Assembly (NCBI GenBank): GCA_002633005.1
Contig: NMRA01000359.1
Span: forward strand, 1 to 64,000
Source of the DNA: Phoronis australis
Lineage: Eukaryota; Animalia; Phoronida
Direction of reading: 5' to 3'
DNA: 64,000 nt
The position numbers and the translations under genes were made by a program. Position 1 is the stretch's first letter; the number at the start of each line of letters is the position of its first letter. The notes beneath the pieces are model-generated. The model had not been told where the DNA came from and did no database searches. It saw only the letters and a list, made by a program, of their open reading frames with translations. Below, one piece after another: positions 11,615 through 24,748 of this stretch.

Positions 11615-14600
11615 ATGTACTCAAATTCCAGTTTGAGTCCTCGGTGTTTGTTCTTTCCAGAATCGCCGCACCAGTGTGTAAGTTTTTTCACACCGTGTTT
11701 CACTAGGTTGTTCATTGTTGTGAATGCAGGTTGCACGAGAACCTGCAGCTGACCCTGTCAACAGGTCAGTTTGGACGAAAGCCCTACTGTCTGAGTCTGA
11801 GACTGAGTAATGAGCTACTCCCCGACTAGCCAGTTGTTTACATGCATAGCCTAGTACGTCTTAGTAGTACTAGTAGTACATGGTCATGATAATTAGACAC
11901 ATAACACGTCGGTAAATAAGTATTTACAGTCACGCTCCATAAGGTTGTTAAACCTTGGAACAATGAATTTTGCCCAAATGTTGCGATTTAAAATCGTAGT
12001 ACTCATAGTGTACCTAATTATCGGACGGAACCTAAATATCGGACATTTCAAAAAATCTTACTTGAAGCATAATCTGAGAATTAAATGACACTAATTGTTG
12101 TTCCGTTGTAATGCATTCAATGTCCGGCACCGTCTCGTTTTTTACAGCGTTGCCTCGTTTTGATTTCACCGAGAGAGGGTGCAATTTAGACCCCCAAGTC
12201 GGCCTAAAATGGACGATCGCATAAATTGGTTATAAAAGTTGAAAATAAAATCTTTTTCCACAATGAAACTTTCTCATTGAACTGACAATATGTTACTGTT
12301 CCATTTTTTCATTTGTTTTTAAACTCAAGTCAAACCCCGATCGCGCACGTGCGGGTGTCATATCAAGAAGCCAAAGTGATACTAAAAACTGCAGTGAGTT
12401 TGCACGTGCTTTAGTCGTCTGCACTAATTCATCGAATTGACTTGGCGCCGTCATCAGATTTCATTTTATAGATAATTTTGTTGCGAATGGACCTGTGTTC
12501 TAGCAGCATATATGTCAAAACACTCGAGCTGAAATTTGGCTACAAGGTGCCCGCGGCCATTGCGTGGTTAGTCAGTTTTCCGCGGTGTGGCGTATGGGGA
12601 AACATGGTGTCCGATATTTAGGTTCTCCGAAGGTTTGCTTGTTGTGTTTTTTAAAGTTCAGTCGGAGCATAAATGTGGCTTTCGGTGACAAGATATAGTA
12701 ACACAACAATTCTATAAAGGTAAGTCTTTATTTCAGCAAAGAATTTACAACAATCCGTAGTATTTTCAATTAAATATAATGCAAAATGTGCCAAAACGTC
12801 CGATAATTAGGTCACTTGACTGTAGTTGCAAGGCCGGAATGAAGCAAAATATCACCAGTTCCTAACCTGAGCAGAAAAATTCAATTACTAAAGGAAGAAG
12901 TCTGCTGTATATTCAAAAACATCAACATTTTCCACACAAATGCCTTGCTCTCAACACCATCTTGTTGCTGAGTACTAGTATTTACTGCCACAACTAGATG
13001 CCGTGATTTGTGAAAAGATATAATTAACCTAATAACCTAGTTTGTACTTGAATGCCATCGGTTGATTTAGAAACGCAACCAATCCTTGAGACTGTAATCT
13101 AACAGAAGCGGAAACAGATGTCCGAAGTCGGCATTTTGGAAGTGGTCTTTTTTATTGACATTTTTTTTAATTCTTGTGCATAAAACGTAAATAGGACAGA
13201 GGATGATCATTTCACAATCCAGGTATGTTGTTGAACTATTGTGAAGGTCTCGCATTCCAAATTTTGTCAATTTATTTTCTTCAGGATGTTATAGTCATCA
13301 TCAAGAGAATCACGGCCTCTCTGTCCATTATCGGGTGGTAAGTTGTCTTCTATATTGAACATGTTTTGCAAGTTATCCAACAAAAATTCCGTTTTCCAGT
13401 ATTCAATTACTGGGAAATGTTTTTAACTGCAAATTGGTGAAAGTCTGTTGGAGGTTGTCAGGCTGATTGTCTTGTGCTCAGTGAAAATGAAGGCAGGTTG
13501 AAACAAGATGCTGGAAGCAGGTTGTTGAGCCAACTAAGTCACTTGGTGGATAAAACCAAGTATGTTGACTTTCTTCTTTAAAATACATTTAATGTTTAAT
13601 TGCTGCTTAATGTGAAATTGATTATTTTTGCTTCTTTCAGTTTGTTCATGATATTTGTCATATGGCTTTTCAAGAAGTACCAGGCCTTTGCACAGGTAAT
13701 ACACACTTTTGCAGTCCCATTTCTGTTGTGGTCATTGACTTCGCTTGGATTATTGGCACCCAGTGGGGAATATATATTTCGCCCTGTTTTTGTTGAAGTT
13801 GTATTAATTCTTCACTATCCAATGTTAATGCTTACTAGTAATTTACTCAAGTGGGTACAAAAAATCAACCTTACAAATTTAAAGAATAAAAGTGAGCATC
13901 AAAACACATCGAGTTAGTACACCGATCACGGAATCTTGCGCAAAAGGTGCTCAAGGTACATATACCCAGTAATCAGATCAGACTAAATTTACCTTGTAAA
14001 ACATGACCTAACATGTAAATTGTCCATCACACCGCATGTCACTAAGGTTATCTGTGACTATCCCACAATGCATTTGAAGTGTGACGGATTGGTTCAAAAC
14101 ATTTGGTGTCTTACAAACATGGCTATTGCTTCTACAGCTTTACTGTATTATGTCTACTGTAACTGTGGTTTGTTTCATTGAAGCTCTTTTGATTTCTACG
14201 ATATGGAAGGAGGTTTTGTCTTTCATTTTGCTTGTATCAACCAGTCACCATTTTGTCAATACTGAAATAATTTTTGACTGGTTGTAGTGGAATTTCTGGA
14301 CTTGATCAAAATCAGTTAGGCTGGGTATAATACCAGAAGACACAGCTGTCTAAATTCATGGAAAAGAGAAGACCGCACTTCAATTAAATACTAAGATTCA
14401 TTTGTGACACATTGTAGTTTGAAAAAGTTAACAACATTGAACCTGCAGTCTGCTTGTTCATCGTTTTTAGCTTTGCCATTGATTGATGATGCTCTCTAGT
14501 GTCTTATTAGAGGAGGCAGTGAGGTCTAGTGTCATAGGTGCCCGCTTTCTTTACTCGAGGTCGTGGGTTCGAGTCCCACTGGGTCACACTGCTAAACCCT

Positions 14601-17600
14601 TGAGTCAGTTTCTGGCTCCTCAAGTCGGTTTTAACTAATGGTTCCAAGTGATCCTTGCAATGGGCACACATGCACGGCCTGCGCACATCTGGTACAACGT
14701 GTATCAGACCGCCTGCAACTATTTTTTATAAAAGTGTTTTATTATCTTGGAGCTGCTGTGTCTTCAAGTATGTGTGTGCCTTACTAAGGATTTATAGCTG
14801 CTTGCTTAATTTGCACGTGTGTCTTATTTTCAGAGGCTCATTTTATGCCTTACCATCGCTGCACTTCTTGATGCCTTTGCTGCTATGGTGAGACCTTTCT
14901 TTGATAAATGGTCAGAATTGAGATGGCTATCACTTGCCCGCCTTAAGACACGTGGTACTCTATGTAACTTGAAATGCACCGTCTGCCTTTTTCTCGTGAA
15001 ATGTGCAAGAAATTCCAGCTTTTCATCATATTTGCGAAGCAGAAGGATTAATATCCATTGTAACCTAAGCGTAGAAAATGTTGGTTCTTGACTATTTTTT
15101 CAGTTTTGTGATAAATATTCTATTGATGACAGTTCTTTTTGATAAATCAAGTACTTCCTTTAAAAGACTTCTCACAGTGGCATTTGAAGCCTTTTTGTTG
15201 GCATATTTAAAACACTAGTGGTGAAGCTTCAAACTTCATTTTTCAATCAAAAGCAACAAACATGCATAACAGTCAGTTTTAACCATGATCTGGCAATGTT
15301 GTAGTTAACTTTTGTTGAGCTATCACCATCATGTTGTCTGATTACTTCATGGCACACATGCCATAGTAGCCAGTTACTATGACTACCATTTTCCCATGGA
15401 CTATAAACACATGTATTCTGTCAAGAACAAGCTTTAGATCTATGCCACCTACTGTTAACGACATTTTAGTTTTTGGCCAGGTGTACAATAGGATTGGAAG
15501 CTGACGACACAAATGAAAGCAATGTTCACAATCAACTATTTAGCTATTTAATTGATACATTGATCATGAATATCATTATTGTTTGCGTCACTTAATGTTG
15601 ATATGAAATCATATCATTTTCCTTACTAACATTTGAAATGATTTCTAGTCTCGAGAAGAACAGACATGTTGTTATTGTCCTCAGACTCTGTCCATTAACC
15701 AAGTTGCTAGTCATGGCAAATTAGTTTCAGTACACTCAAGATGTCCTTAAAAGAGCAATCTGCTGTTCTTGAAATGCAAAAGTGGTTCCTTCGTAATCAG
15801 GCTTTTGTCCTTAATAGGGGGACTTGAGAGAGGACGGCCCACTGTGTAATTTTGAAGGTTGGTACATCAACTTCACAAGTTACAGCGTCCTTCTCTGGGT
15901 CTGCTGTATAACCTTTAACCTTTTCATGAATGCTGTAAAGATGAAGAAGGTTAGCAAGTACGAATGGTGAGTGGATTTTGGTTTTATTCAAAGGGACGTT
16001 CTCAGCGAGAACAGTAATTTATACAGAAATACGCAGTAGTGCGTTATCAAGCCTGCTAGCTCTGCAGTAGCTGCCCAAGCCTCTACTACTGAGTCAAACT
16101 CCATGAGTGAAATTGCAGAATATTTTAAGCGTATTTCAATTGTAGAGACACCAGCGTTAATTTCAGCAAATCTCAGACAATGGCGAGAGTTGGCTATTAG
16201 TAATGAAATCACAAAAACAGATTTCTGTTGTTTTATAGCTTTCGTCAAAACTAATAACTTCTAGAAGTCTATCCCACTCAACAAGGATCCCAAAATAGCC
16301 TTTTTTCAGCTCCAAAGCATTGTTGATGACGTTACTCTGGTTCAGTTGGTTCAACATCATCATTAAGAGATTTCAATGTCCATTCGCTTGTTTAGTATAG
16401 CATCAGTCTGAAGTTCTGGATGAAAATAAAATGCCAAAATTAAATACACTAATGAAATTTTGCGCTGTAAATTTCTGAAAACTGTTACCGGTCCATGGAC
16501 CTGCTCAATCTTAATCCTTACTGGAAATGTTAGATCAAATAAATTCTAAGTTGTTTTTTTTCTTCGTGCTGAATGTTTTTACGAAAAATATAAAAAATAT
16601 GGATCTGATGTTCTTACATATATACTTGGGCTTAATTGCTAATTACGCATTTTCTGAGAGCATGAAGTTCTCACATTCATTGATCAGTACAAAACTATAG
16701 TGAGTCTAAATGAAATTGGCCATCGAGTGAACTATTAAATTTATCAGCTGTACCAAAGCTTGGTCTTTCTCAAATGGCTTCTCATCTTGCTTTGACAGTG
16801 ACTCTTGAAGCTTTATTTTAGCTTTTCCCTTACTATCTTTTGAATATTACAAGATATAATTCAATCGTGCTTAACTTTTTTATTCCATGATTATCAGTAA
16901 ATATTATTAAAAAATACTACTGGCCATGAATTAAGTAACATTATATCTGAGTAACGTGTCATGATGCATCAGTCTAATGTAAGTTCTTAATAACACCTGT
17001 TATCTATTCATTGATATTATTGTTTACTTTTTAATAAGCAATTAACTCATTCGAGCATCCAATGACAATTCATATAACTTGAAAAATCACACAACACTGC
17101 AAGCTACATTTTTCGACTAAAATTTTATTGTTGTATTTTGAGCTAATTTATGTGATCTGCTTTATTGCAGGGCATACCATGTTTTCTCTTGGGGAATTGC
17201 CATCGTCGTGTCATGTTTCCCCCTCTTTTGGGATCAGTACAAACCAGCCGGTGCCTGGTGGTAGGTTGGATCTCATTTTCCAATTGTGATTTTTTCAGTA
17301 ATGAATACTGTTCACATGTAAAGCATTTTGGATGGAGTCTTAAAAAAGTCATTTCTTGTAGGTTTGAATAATGAAATCTTAGTTTAAATGTGCAAATCTT
17401 TGTCTGTTGCTTTCACTGAAGCTTACATGTGCTGTATATAGTCAGATTGGAAATGACTTCTCAGTTTTGCTATGTCAACTAAAAATGTTTATATTAGTAA
17501 CCTTACTTTGTTTAACATTGATTTTCCAGCTGGCTAAATGACTGGAAGTGGAGGTTTGGAATGTAAGTTGACAGAGCTAAATGGTTTACACTTCAACCAC

Positions 17601-20600
17601 TTGAGGGCATTGTTTTTAAAGCTTTTTGACTGCCACTTAGCTATACATAACTTAGGCAGGAATATTGAGGGTACATCCTAGTGTTGTATTGTAGTTGAAG
17701 TATTTAATGTTTAACCTTGCATGCACTCTAACTGTCATGTGCAAAATGTTAATGTCTTAGACCCTTAATGCCTCAGAAAAATTCGCGAAATTCCTGTCCT
17801 CAGGTCCAACCCCCCATGTGTAAAAATTGCCCTCAAGCTTTGAATCGCTTACTCACAGAGAACATGGCTTCAGAGAGCAATTATTACTTACACAAATCCT
17901 CACTTCAGTGGCATGCGTATCCAGTGTTTAAAGCCTTTAGCCTTTGCAGTGGAGAACAGAATCTGGATTAGTTTATCGTTGGGCAGGGGTGTTCATATGA
18001 TATTCCGCAAACAAAGTGATTTATGGGTGTCCTGAGTTCACTACCTGAAACACCTACTACTTAAGCCTGTCCAATTCCAAGAAAAAGCATAAGACCAGGA
18101 CTGGTTGTCTGCTCCAAGAAGTGTTTAAGGGACACTTCAAAACAAACAAAACAAACATAAAAGTTACTTTTTACTACTTGAGACAGTACCAATGAGACAA
18201 AGGGGGTTTCACTTGATGACACCCAGAGGATTTGTGAAATTGGGGGGTGACCGGGGATATTGCTGTCACCTGAAAATATCTGCTGTCAGAAGGGCAGAAG
18301 GGATAGGTACATGTCCACTCAGCTGAGCGAGGGGTCTGATATTGTGGCCAACATAATTTTATCACCATATGCAATTGCGTGAGATTTTTTTCGCATGGTA
18401 AATGTAATGCTGTAGCTTCCATTTGATTTAGATGACATGTGAACTCTATATTGGGAAGGTAAGGAATAACATTTTAGACCGTCGTCGGTAAGAATATGTG
18501 TTTAAATCTTTCACTGCCGAAGGCATTCTTCCCTGTTCCTGTTTAACAATACTTATTGTGCTTAGCTTATGAATAGCTTTATCAGCAAGCGTGTTCTTTT
18601 AGTCAAATATCTGTATAACTTTGAAATTGGATCTGTAAAATATAATTTATTTTCTGAAAGTAGAAAGCATGTTTGAACTTTACACTGATCTGCTAGAGAA
18701 TGTTTTTTAATATTTTTTAAAACAAAAAGGTACATTCGAGACAAAATCTCAAAAATGCAGCCAAAGTTACCTGAATTTGCTTTTTTGTCATATGCAACTT
18801 CTGATTTGTTTATGTCATAAAAGTCTTTCTTTTCAAAAACACCTTGTGCAAGAGTGAAATATTTTTAATAGAATCCCTGACAGTATTTTAGGAAGTGTGT
18901 AAATCATGCCAGTTTTGTAATAATTGAATTGGATTAGGCATTTCTGCAATATTATGCTCTTAAGTTTTAAATATTTTCTAGAGTCATTCATTCTCTCCCC
19001 AACTGTTGCTCAACTGCATAATGTCTGTGTTCTTGTTTTCAGCTGGTACGTGCCACTCTTTATTTGCCTAACTGGGCTTGTGGTTACATTTGTCTACATT
19101 TCAGTATACCTCTACAAAAAGGTAAGTAAATGTTATTGTTACAATCAACCACATTACCTTGACATTTATTCAACAGCAAAGTAATATACCATTTATTTAT
19201 TTACTTAATGGGTGACCACTTCACTGAATACATTAATTTTCAAGTGGGCTCAGTCGCAAATAATTACATGAAGTAAAGTACAGAGAATTATGTACTGAAA
19301 AGATTAATAATTAATATAAATTAGTTATAAAAATTAGTTAATATGTACAATTAGATGAATAAATAAGATAAAATTAGAGTAAAATAATGATGAGCTTAGG
19401 CCTACAGTCCCGAACGACGCACCAGTTATTTATTGTTGTTATAACTTTTTGTGTTGCGTGTTCACTGCAAAAATACTGGCACCCGTTTAAAACTGCCTTG
19501 CTGCATCTATAGAAATTGACTACTGTAACATTTAAGGTAATATTCACTTGCGGGTTCTCGCATTTTGAGAACCAGTTTTCTCCACTGAATAGCAGGCAAC
19601 AAACTGGTTCTCATAATCTAGACCCCCTAGTAAGTGACTGGCCAAAATGAGCCTTGTATTCCATTGCGCCTTCCTGTACTGTATGTTTTAGCTTGTCTGC
19701 TCTTTTTGTGTATTTTTATTTTCCCATTTCAAATAAGCGAGGACAAAAGCATGGGATTTCCTAGACTTTACAATTTAATGAAAGATGCATCAATTTATGT
19801 AAATATACAATCAAACTCGGTTTTACATTATCAAATAAACAAGTTAAGAAGCTTGTAAAAGCAAATGCAAAACAGTGTTTTTATACATTTCAGAATCTGA
19901 AGCAGGGAGAGAGAGAGACAGTTCAGTGCAAAAAGTCTAGTGCATTTATATTGTCATTAAATTTTTCATTTTTGTAATCGTAATTGAATCTGTTTTAGAC
20001 ACAGACATGGGAAGGACTCTATGATCCCGATATTGAACGACAGAAAGTAAGTTTGCATGGACCAGTGGCTATGTTTTCTAGATGTACTTGCTACGGCACA
20101 TTTTGTCCAACAACCAGTCTTTTGGGACTTCTATCTTTTGTGCAGAGCTGTAAATGCTATTTCAGGTCTAATTAAAGGGTCAAAGACCATTTTGATTGGA
20201 TAAGTGCACTAACGCATGTTGCTGGTGATGGAATGAACACTGATGTTGAGTCTACACAAAACTGATGAGGGAACAATGTGATTTTCATTCAGGAAAACTA
20301 GATGTTTAATGCAAAAGAACCCGAAGAGTGTTTTTACAAACACATCATGACTACCACGGTGACTGTAAACCTCTCTGATAACCTCACCTGAAGTGTTTGA
20401 AATCAGAGTCAGTCTTTCAAGTTTTGCTAAGATTTCATGTGTTCAGACAATCTTTATGCGCCCACATATTTATATGTGGTCACATATTGTGCTCATCTCT
20501 GTCTGAGCGTCCGGCATCTGCAGCTGTATCTCATAAACCCTCATAGGATCATGATGAGATTTGGCAGATGTGTTCCTATGAAGCAGATTATGACGAATTT

Positions 20601-23600
20601 CAGACCTCTCAGACTTCAAGTGTGCCCCCTAGTGGCAATTTTAGTTTTTTATGCTTACCTCTGTATCTTCGGAGGTCCTCAACGGATTTTTATAAAATTC
20701 GGCAGTTAGGCATCTATTAGTGAGATGATGCCATCATCTTGTTTTCGGATGGATTTGAGGTATTTTGTGCCACCTAGTGGCCTTTTTTACTGTTTTCGAG
20801 TCTGTTTGTTGGCATTCGTCCTTCTATCAACCAAACCGCTCCAGGAATGATTTTGAAAATTGACATATACGTTTTTACTGTGAACAGGGCGACTGACAAT
20901 AATTTTCTGACCATTTCAACTACTGTGGCACTTCCTAGTGGCAGTTTTGATAGTTTTTGCGCTCATGGCTGTATCTTCTAAATGCTCTACAGGATCTTTA
21001 TTGAATTTTGCCGGTAAATAGCTTTGATGACTCATACCAGTTTTCAGATGGATTCGCCGTGTGTTGCGTCATCTAGTGGCCATTTTCATGTTCCAAATAA
21101 ACACCCCTTGAAGCGCACTTTTTTGCGGTGCATTCGTGGGCTCATTTCAATGCTCCACGTTGCTCTTGTTTTAATTTGGGGTACTGAAACTGGTGGAGAA
21201 GGTTGAAGCTATTGTTGCCTCTCTCTGCAGTCCAAACATGCTGCTAAGCATGTGTGGGCTCCATCTGTTGCATTTACAAAAAACTCTCATTAGGTTTTAG
21301 TTGCAGACGGCAACGGTTTCTTCAATAAAGCTAGTCAATCTAGTCTATTGTTAAGCGTTCTATTACTCTTTTGTCCAGCATCACTTTTTGTTGGTTAGTT
21401 TTTTGCCACGATTCAAAGTGTTACAAGAACCACTCGTCAATAAGTCCCAGAAAATGGAACCTTTACTCATCTATTTTGGCTAATTGTGGGTGTTATTTCC
21501 TGTGAAAATGTTCCTAACTTAACTTTTTCTGAGGAATTCAGTTTCAGAAGCAAAATATATTGAGTTTTAATCCATGATATATTAATTCGTTTTGTCCAAA
21601 TTTTCCTTGTGTTGAAGCCAATGTCTTGATTACTCTTTCGACCCTATAGAGCCCTAGATACGATTCCCTGATAAACAAGCAACTTGACAACTGCAGAACT
21701 TTCACAAATCTAATGATCAAGTACAAGGTGCTGTGAAATGAGCCGAGTTTCTCATCGTTCTTCAATTTATTTTTTCTGTTACTAGTTCGACTCTTTCTAG
21801 TATGTACTTATTGACTTTTCATCCTTTATCTTGCCGTCGTATGTGTTATTATTTACAGCTTGGCGTATAACTTTTTGATATTCATTGTGTAAGTAGTGCG
21901 TTTGAATGTATGCATGTGGTCTGCCTTCATTTCCAGCAAATGCTGAAGGAAGATGTGAAACCACTGCGTGCATACCCTCTTGCCTACCTCTTGCTGAATG
22001 TCCTTCCATTGGTCAATAGAATACATGATGCTGTTAGCCCACACAGTGCAAACTTTGTCCTCATGATCCTCATGACCTTGACTTCACCTTTGATAGGTAT
22101 GATGACTTTCTTTAATTCTCTTCAAATTTGGCACAGAATTGATCACCAAAATTGTCATATTTCTGTTTTTCAAATACCGATTACCTTGCCGTAGATGGGT
22201 AAATGAAACCTAGACAGTACGAACCGTGCTAGCAATGAAATGAAATTCTCGTAATCTTTATTTTTGTGGAGAAATTTGTCAAAATAATGTTTCACTTAAC
22301 TGCCATACAAGTGAAGAATTACCGTGTACTTTTGTTTTCAAACGGTCCAAAGAGTTTACATATCACTGTTTTAAGCATGGAGAGTATTTGTTAAAAGTTC
22401 AAACTGTATTCCTCAATTCGTAATCTCTGAATATTTTAGTCTGGGGTATTTGGTATACATTGATTGAGATGACTTAAATACATTTGTAGCCATTTTTCGA
22501 AAAACGTGTTGACTTGATGAAATAGGCCTCGTCGCTAGATGGTGATGGTTGGTGGACAGTGGTCGGCATTTTTGTACGGCTTTAACATAGTGTAATATTT
22601 CCCAGCATTTTGATAATTTCTTGGTCACCACCATGTGGTCAAACTTTCTTTGTATTTTTCTGATGTGGGATATTCAAGTTATTCAATGTCTCAAAAATAT
22701 GCAATGTCTCTAAATTTCTGTTCGTGAAAGAAATCGTATTTCGTAGCTGTCAACACATAGGCTTTGCTCTCCAGAATTGGAAATTTTGTCAAGTCAAAGA
22801 CACGTTTCTGCAGTATTTAGAATGTTTCCTATTGAGCTGTTGCATAGACAAAACAACTATGTGTATTTATTGTGTGTGAACACGGCAAAGTCTGCTGATA
22901 GTGCTATTGCCAGAAGTTATCTCATTTCCCCTCTCCAAAACGAGGAGAGCTAGGGCTGAGTTTTTATGTGGCCTGTGTTAGTCTTCTGCCACTGATCATC
23001 TTATTTCAAATTTGAAACAACATTCTTTGTGCTTCCTCAAAAGTGACTTACTAGTTATTACAATTAAGATTATGGTTTTTGCCATGTTACGTTTTAGAAA
23101 AAAAATTATATATTTTGAACAACTATGAGTTATGACAATATTTGCAGAGAACATGCACTTTTACTGAGCTGAGATAAGGACTTATTGTTAAAAATAGAGT
23201 GAATTTCCTATAAAAAGTCACTTTTCATGACTTCAGGTCAGGCTCCACGCAACTGTTTGTGAAGTATAATTAAATGATCACTTGAGCAACAGTGCAAACT
23301 TTGAGAATATACTCATTACTGCTAGTCATTAAGGTAATTTGCATTAAAAATTCCAGTGGTGTGGTGTGGTAATACTTGCATGACTAATTTAACCTTTATT
23401 CATTATCTGAATTGTGAGTCTGAGCGTAATACCAAATTTCTGACTTAAATCTCAATTCACTTTCATGAAAAAGACTTGGACTCGGGCCTCAAAATTTAAC
23501 CAATCACGCGACATGATTAAATTACAAATTTGAAAGTTTTCTCGAACTTTCTCAAAGTGTGCCATGAAATTGGTCAAGCTTCAAAGTCAAGTTCCTAGTA

Positions 23601-24748
23601 CAAAAATTAGACGTCGGGCTCTGATCTTGCAACTTTGTTGTTTCAGGGGCAGTTAACGCCATAATATTTGGTCTTGATAGAGAAACCGTTAGTCATCTTT
23701 CATGTGCTGAAATCAGGGTAAGTCTTTGTGCTTGCAATATATTGTAGACAATGCTAATAATAACTTTTGAAAGTCATGGATGATGCAATGTCTCTATGCT
23801 TTTCCGGAATCTGTCGTCATTGAACTTAGTTATAATGCAGTGATAGTGGCCAACTAGGGATTTAAAAATTAGCAAATCAAAACTCGTGCGCAAGTGTAAT
23901 TCCTCAGGGGCAGATCCAGGATTTTAAGTTGGGGGGGCAGAGCAAAGTATTAGCCAGAATTTTGCCTGTCAGACATTCGCACCCCCAAACTGCCAAATGT
24001 AATCTGGGAGAATTTTAGGGGGGGCCATGGCCCCCTTGGCCCCCCTCTAAATCTGCCACTGTACCCCAAGTACATCAAGAACATAGACAACTGTTGCCAT
24101 GGAAATTAAACAAAATGTGCTGCTGTTGTATTCAATTCATAAAAGTACCGTTTTTAAAATTGTGAACAATGGCCAAATTTTTATAAGTAGTTTCCAGGAT
24201 TGGGAGTTGAGGAATTTTACCACAGTTTTGTTTTGTGCAAATGAAAGTTGCTCTCAGCTCTTCAAATTTCACCCGATTGTTTAAATTACATTCCCTGTAA
24301 AGAGGGGGCTTATTTCTCATTAGGTAAGACATCATGTGTACCAGTTGTCATGTAGGAAAGATTTACTAAACACATTGCTCATATTCTATTATTTACCTGC
24401 TTGTCTTGTTTTTAACTTTTCAAATGTTTAAAAGACTGGGATTTTATTTCTCTGGTTGATTGCTGTTACAACCATGCCTATAATTGGAGGTCAGAGGTCA
24501 TAACATACTTCTAGTTTCATAATTGGTAAATAAATGAGCTTTACTTTCCGTCCAAAAATAAAAAAACATCACCACTAACACGTCTTCTATGGTTGGTGAC
24601 CTCTGTATTGGATTGTGTTTGGCCATTTCAGCTGACATTGAGAAGTCGGTTTTCAAGCCCATCTCTTATTCGAGAGTATCCCGCTGGGCCCACAGATTAC
24701 GGAAATGTTGGAAGTGATGAACGTGAGGAAGTGCCTGAGAACCAATGA
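11615..24748 (+). CDS. cAMP-receptor-like (crlA/GPR157-type) 7TM G-protein-coupled receptor, 12 coding exons, 323 aa (352 aa if TGA 24746 is read through to 24835)
   Basis: GT-AG exons with consistent phase: 11615-11677, 13285-13337, 13641-13695, 14834-14887, 15818-15966, 17171-17260, 17530-17562, 19043-19121, 19999-20046, 21937-22096, 23647-23717, 24632-24748. The protein has seven hydrophobic segments and motifs QRLILCL, LCNFEGW, YHVFSWG, PAGAWCW, WYVPLF, LRAYP..VNRI, GAVNAIIFG. Confidence 0.88.
12000..12824. mobile_element. Non-autonomous Tc1/mariner-pogo-like MITE in GPCR intron 1
   Basis: Terminal inverted repeat ACCTAATTATCGGACG (~12012) / CGTCCGATAATTAGGT (~12797) ending in CTGTA; internal inverted AACCTAAATATCGGACA (12029) / TGTCCGATATTTAGGTT (~12608). 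Confidence 0.7.
14510..14720 (+). mobile_element. tRNA-derived SINE copy 1
   Basis: A-box-like TGAGGTCTAGTG, B box GGTTCGAGTCCC (14566-14577); the body (GGGTCACACTGCTAA..GCAATGGGC.CACATGC.CGGCCTGCGCACA..GACCGCCTGCAA) is shared with 59747-59930. Confidence 0.75.
20452..21172 (+). mobile_element. Helentron-associated (HINE/DINE-like) non-autonomous element with ~150-bp internal tandem units
   Basis: 5' TTTATGCGCCCAC..GTGGTCACATA hairpin and CTGTCTGAGCGTCC microsatellite-like seed, then four diverged ~140-160 bp units each ending in CTAGTGGC, terminating GCTCTTGTTTT. Confidence 0.6.
23905..24061 (+). mobile_element. ~150-bp MITE family A (CAGGGGC/CAGTGGC termini), copy 1
   Basis: CAGGGGCAGATCCAGG..TAAATCTGCCACTG; closely similar copies at 29932, 43070 and 55196. 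Confidence 0.8.

Noticed and set aside
14510-14585. Possible tRNA gene
   Set aside because: No convincing cloverleaf, and it continues into a repeated body found again at 59.7 kb, so it is a SINE head.
16163-16363. ORF with WDRLLEVISFD similar to ORF 29729-29980 (WDRLHELISFD)
   Set aside because: The similarity is at the DNA level between copies of a non-coding repeat arm; no exon structure or extended protein similarity.
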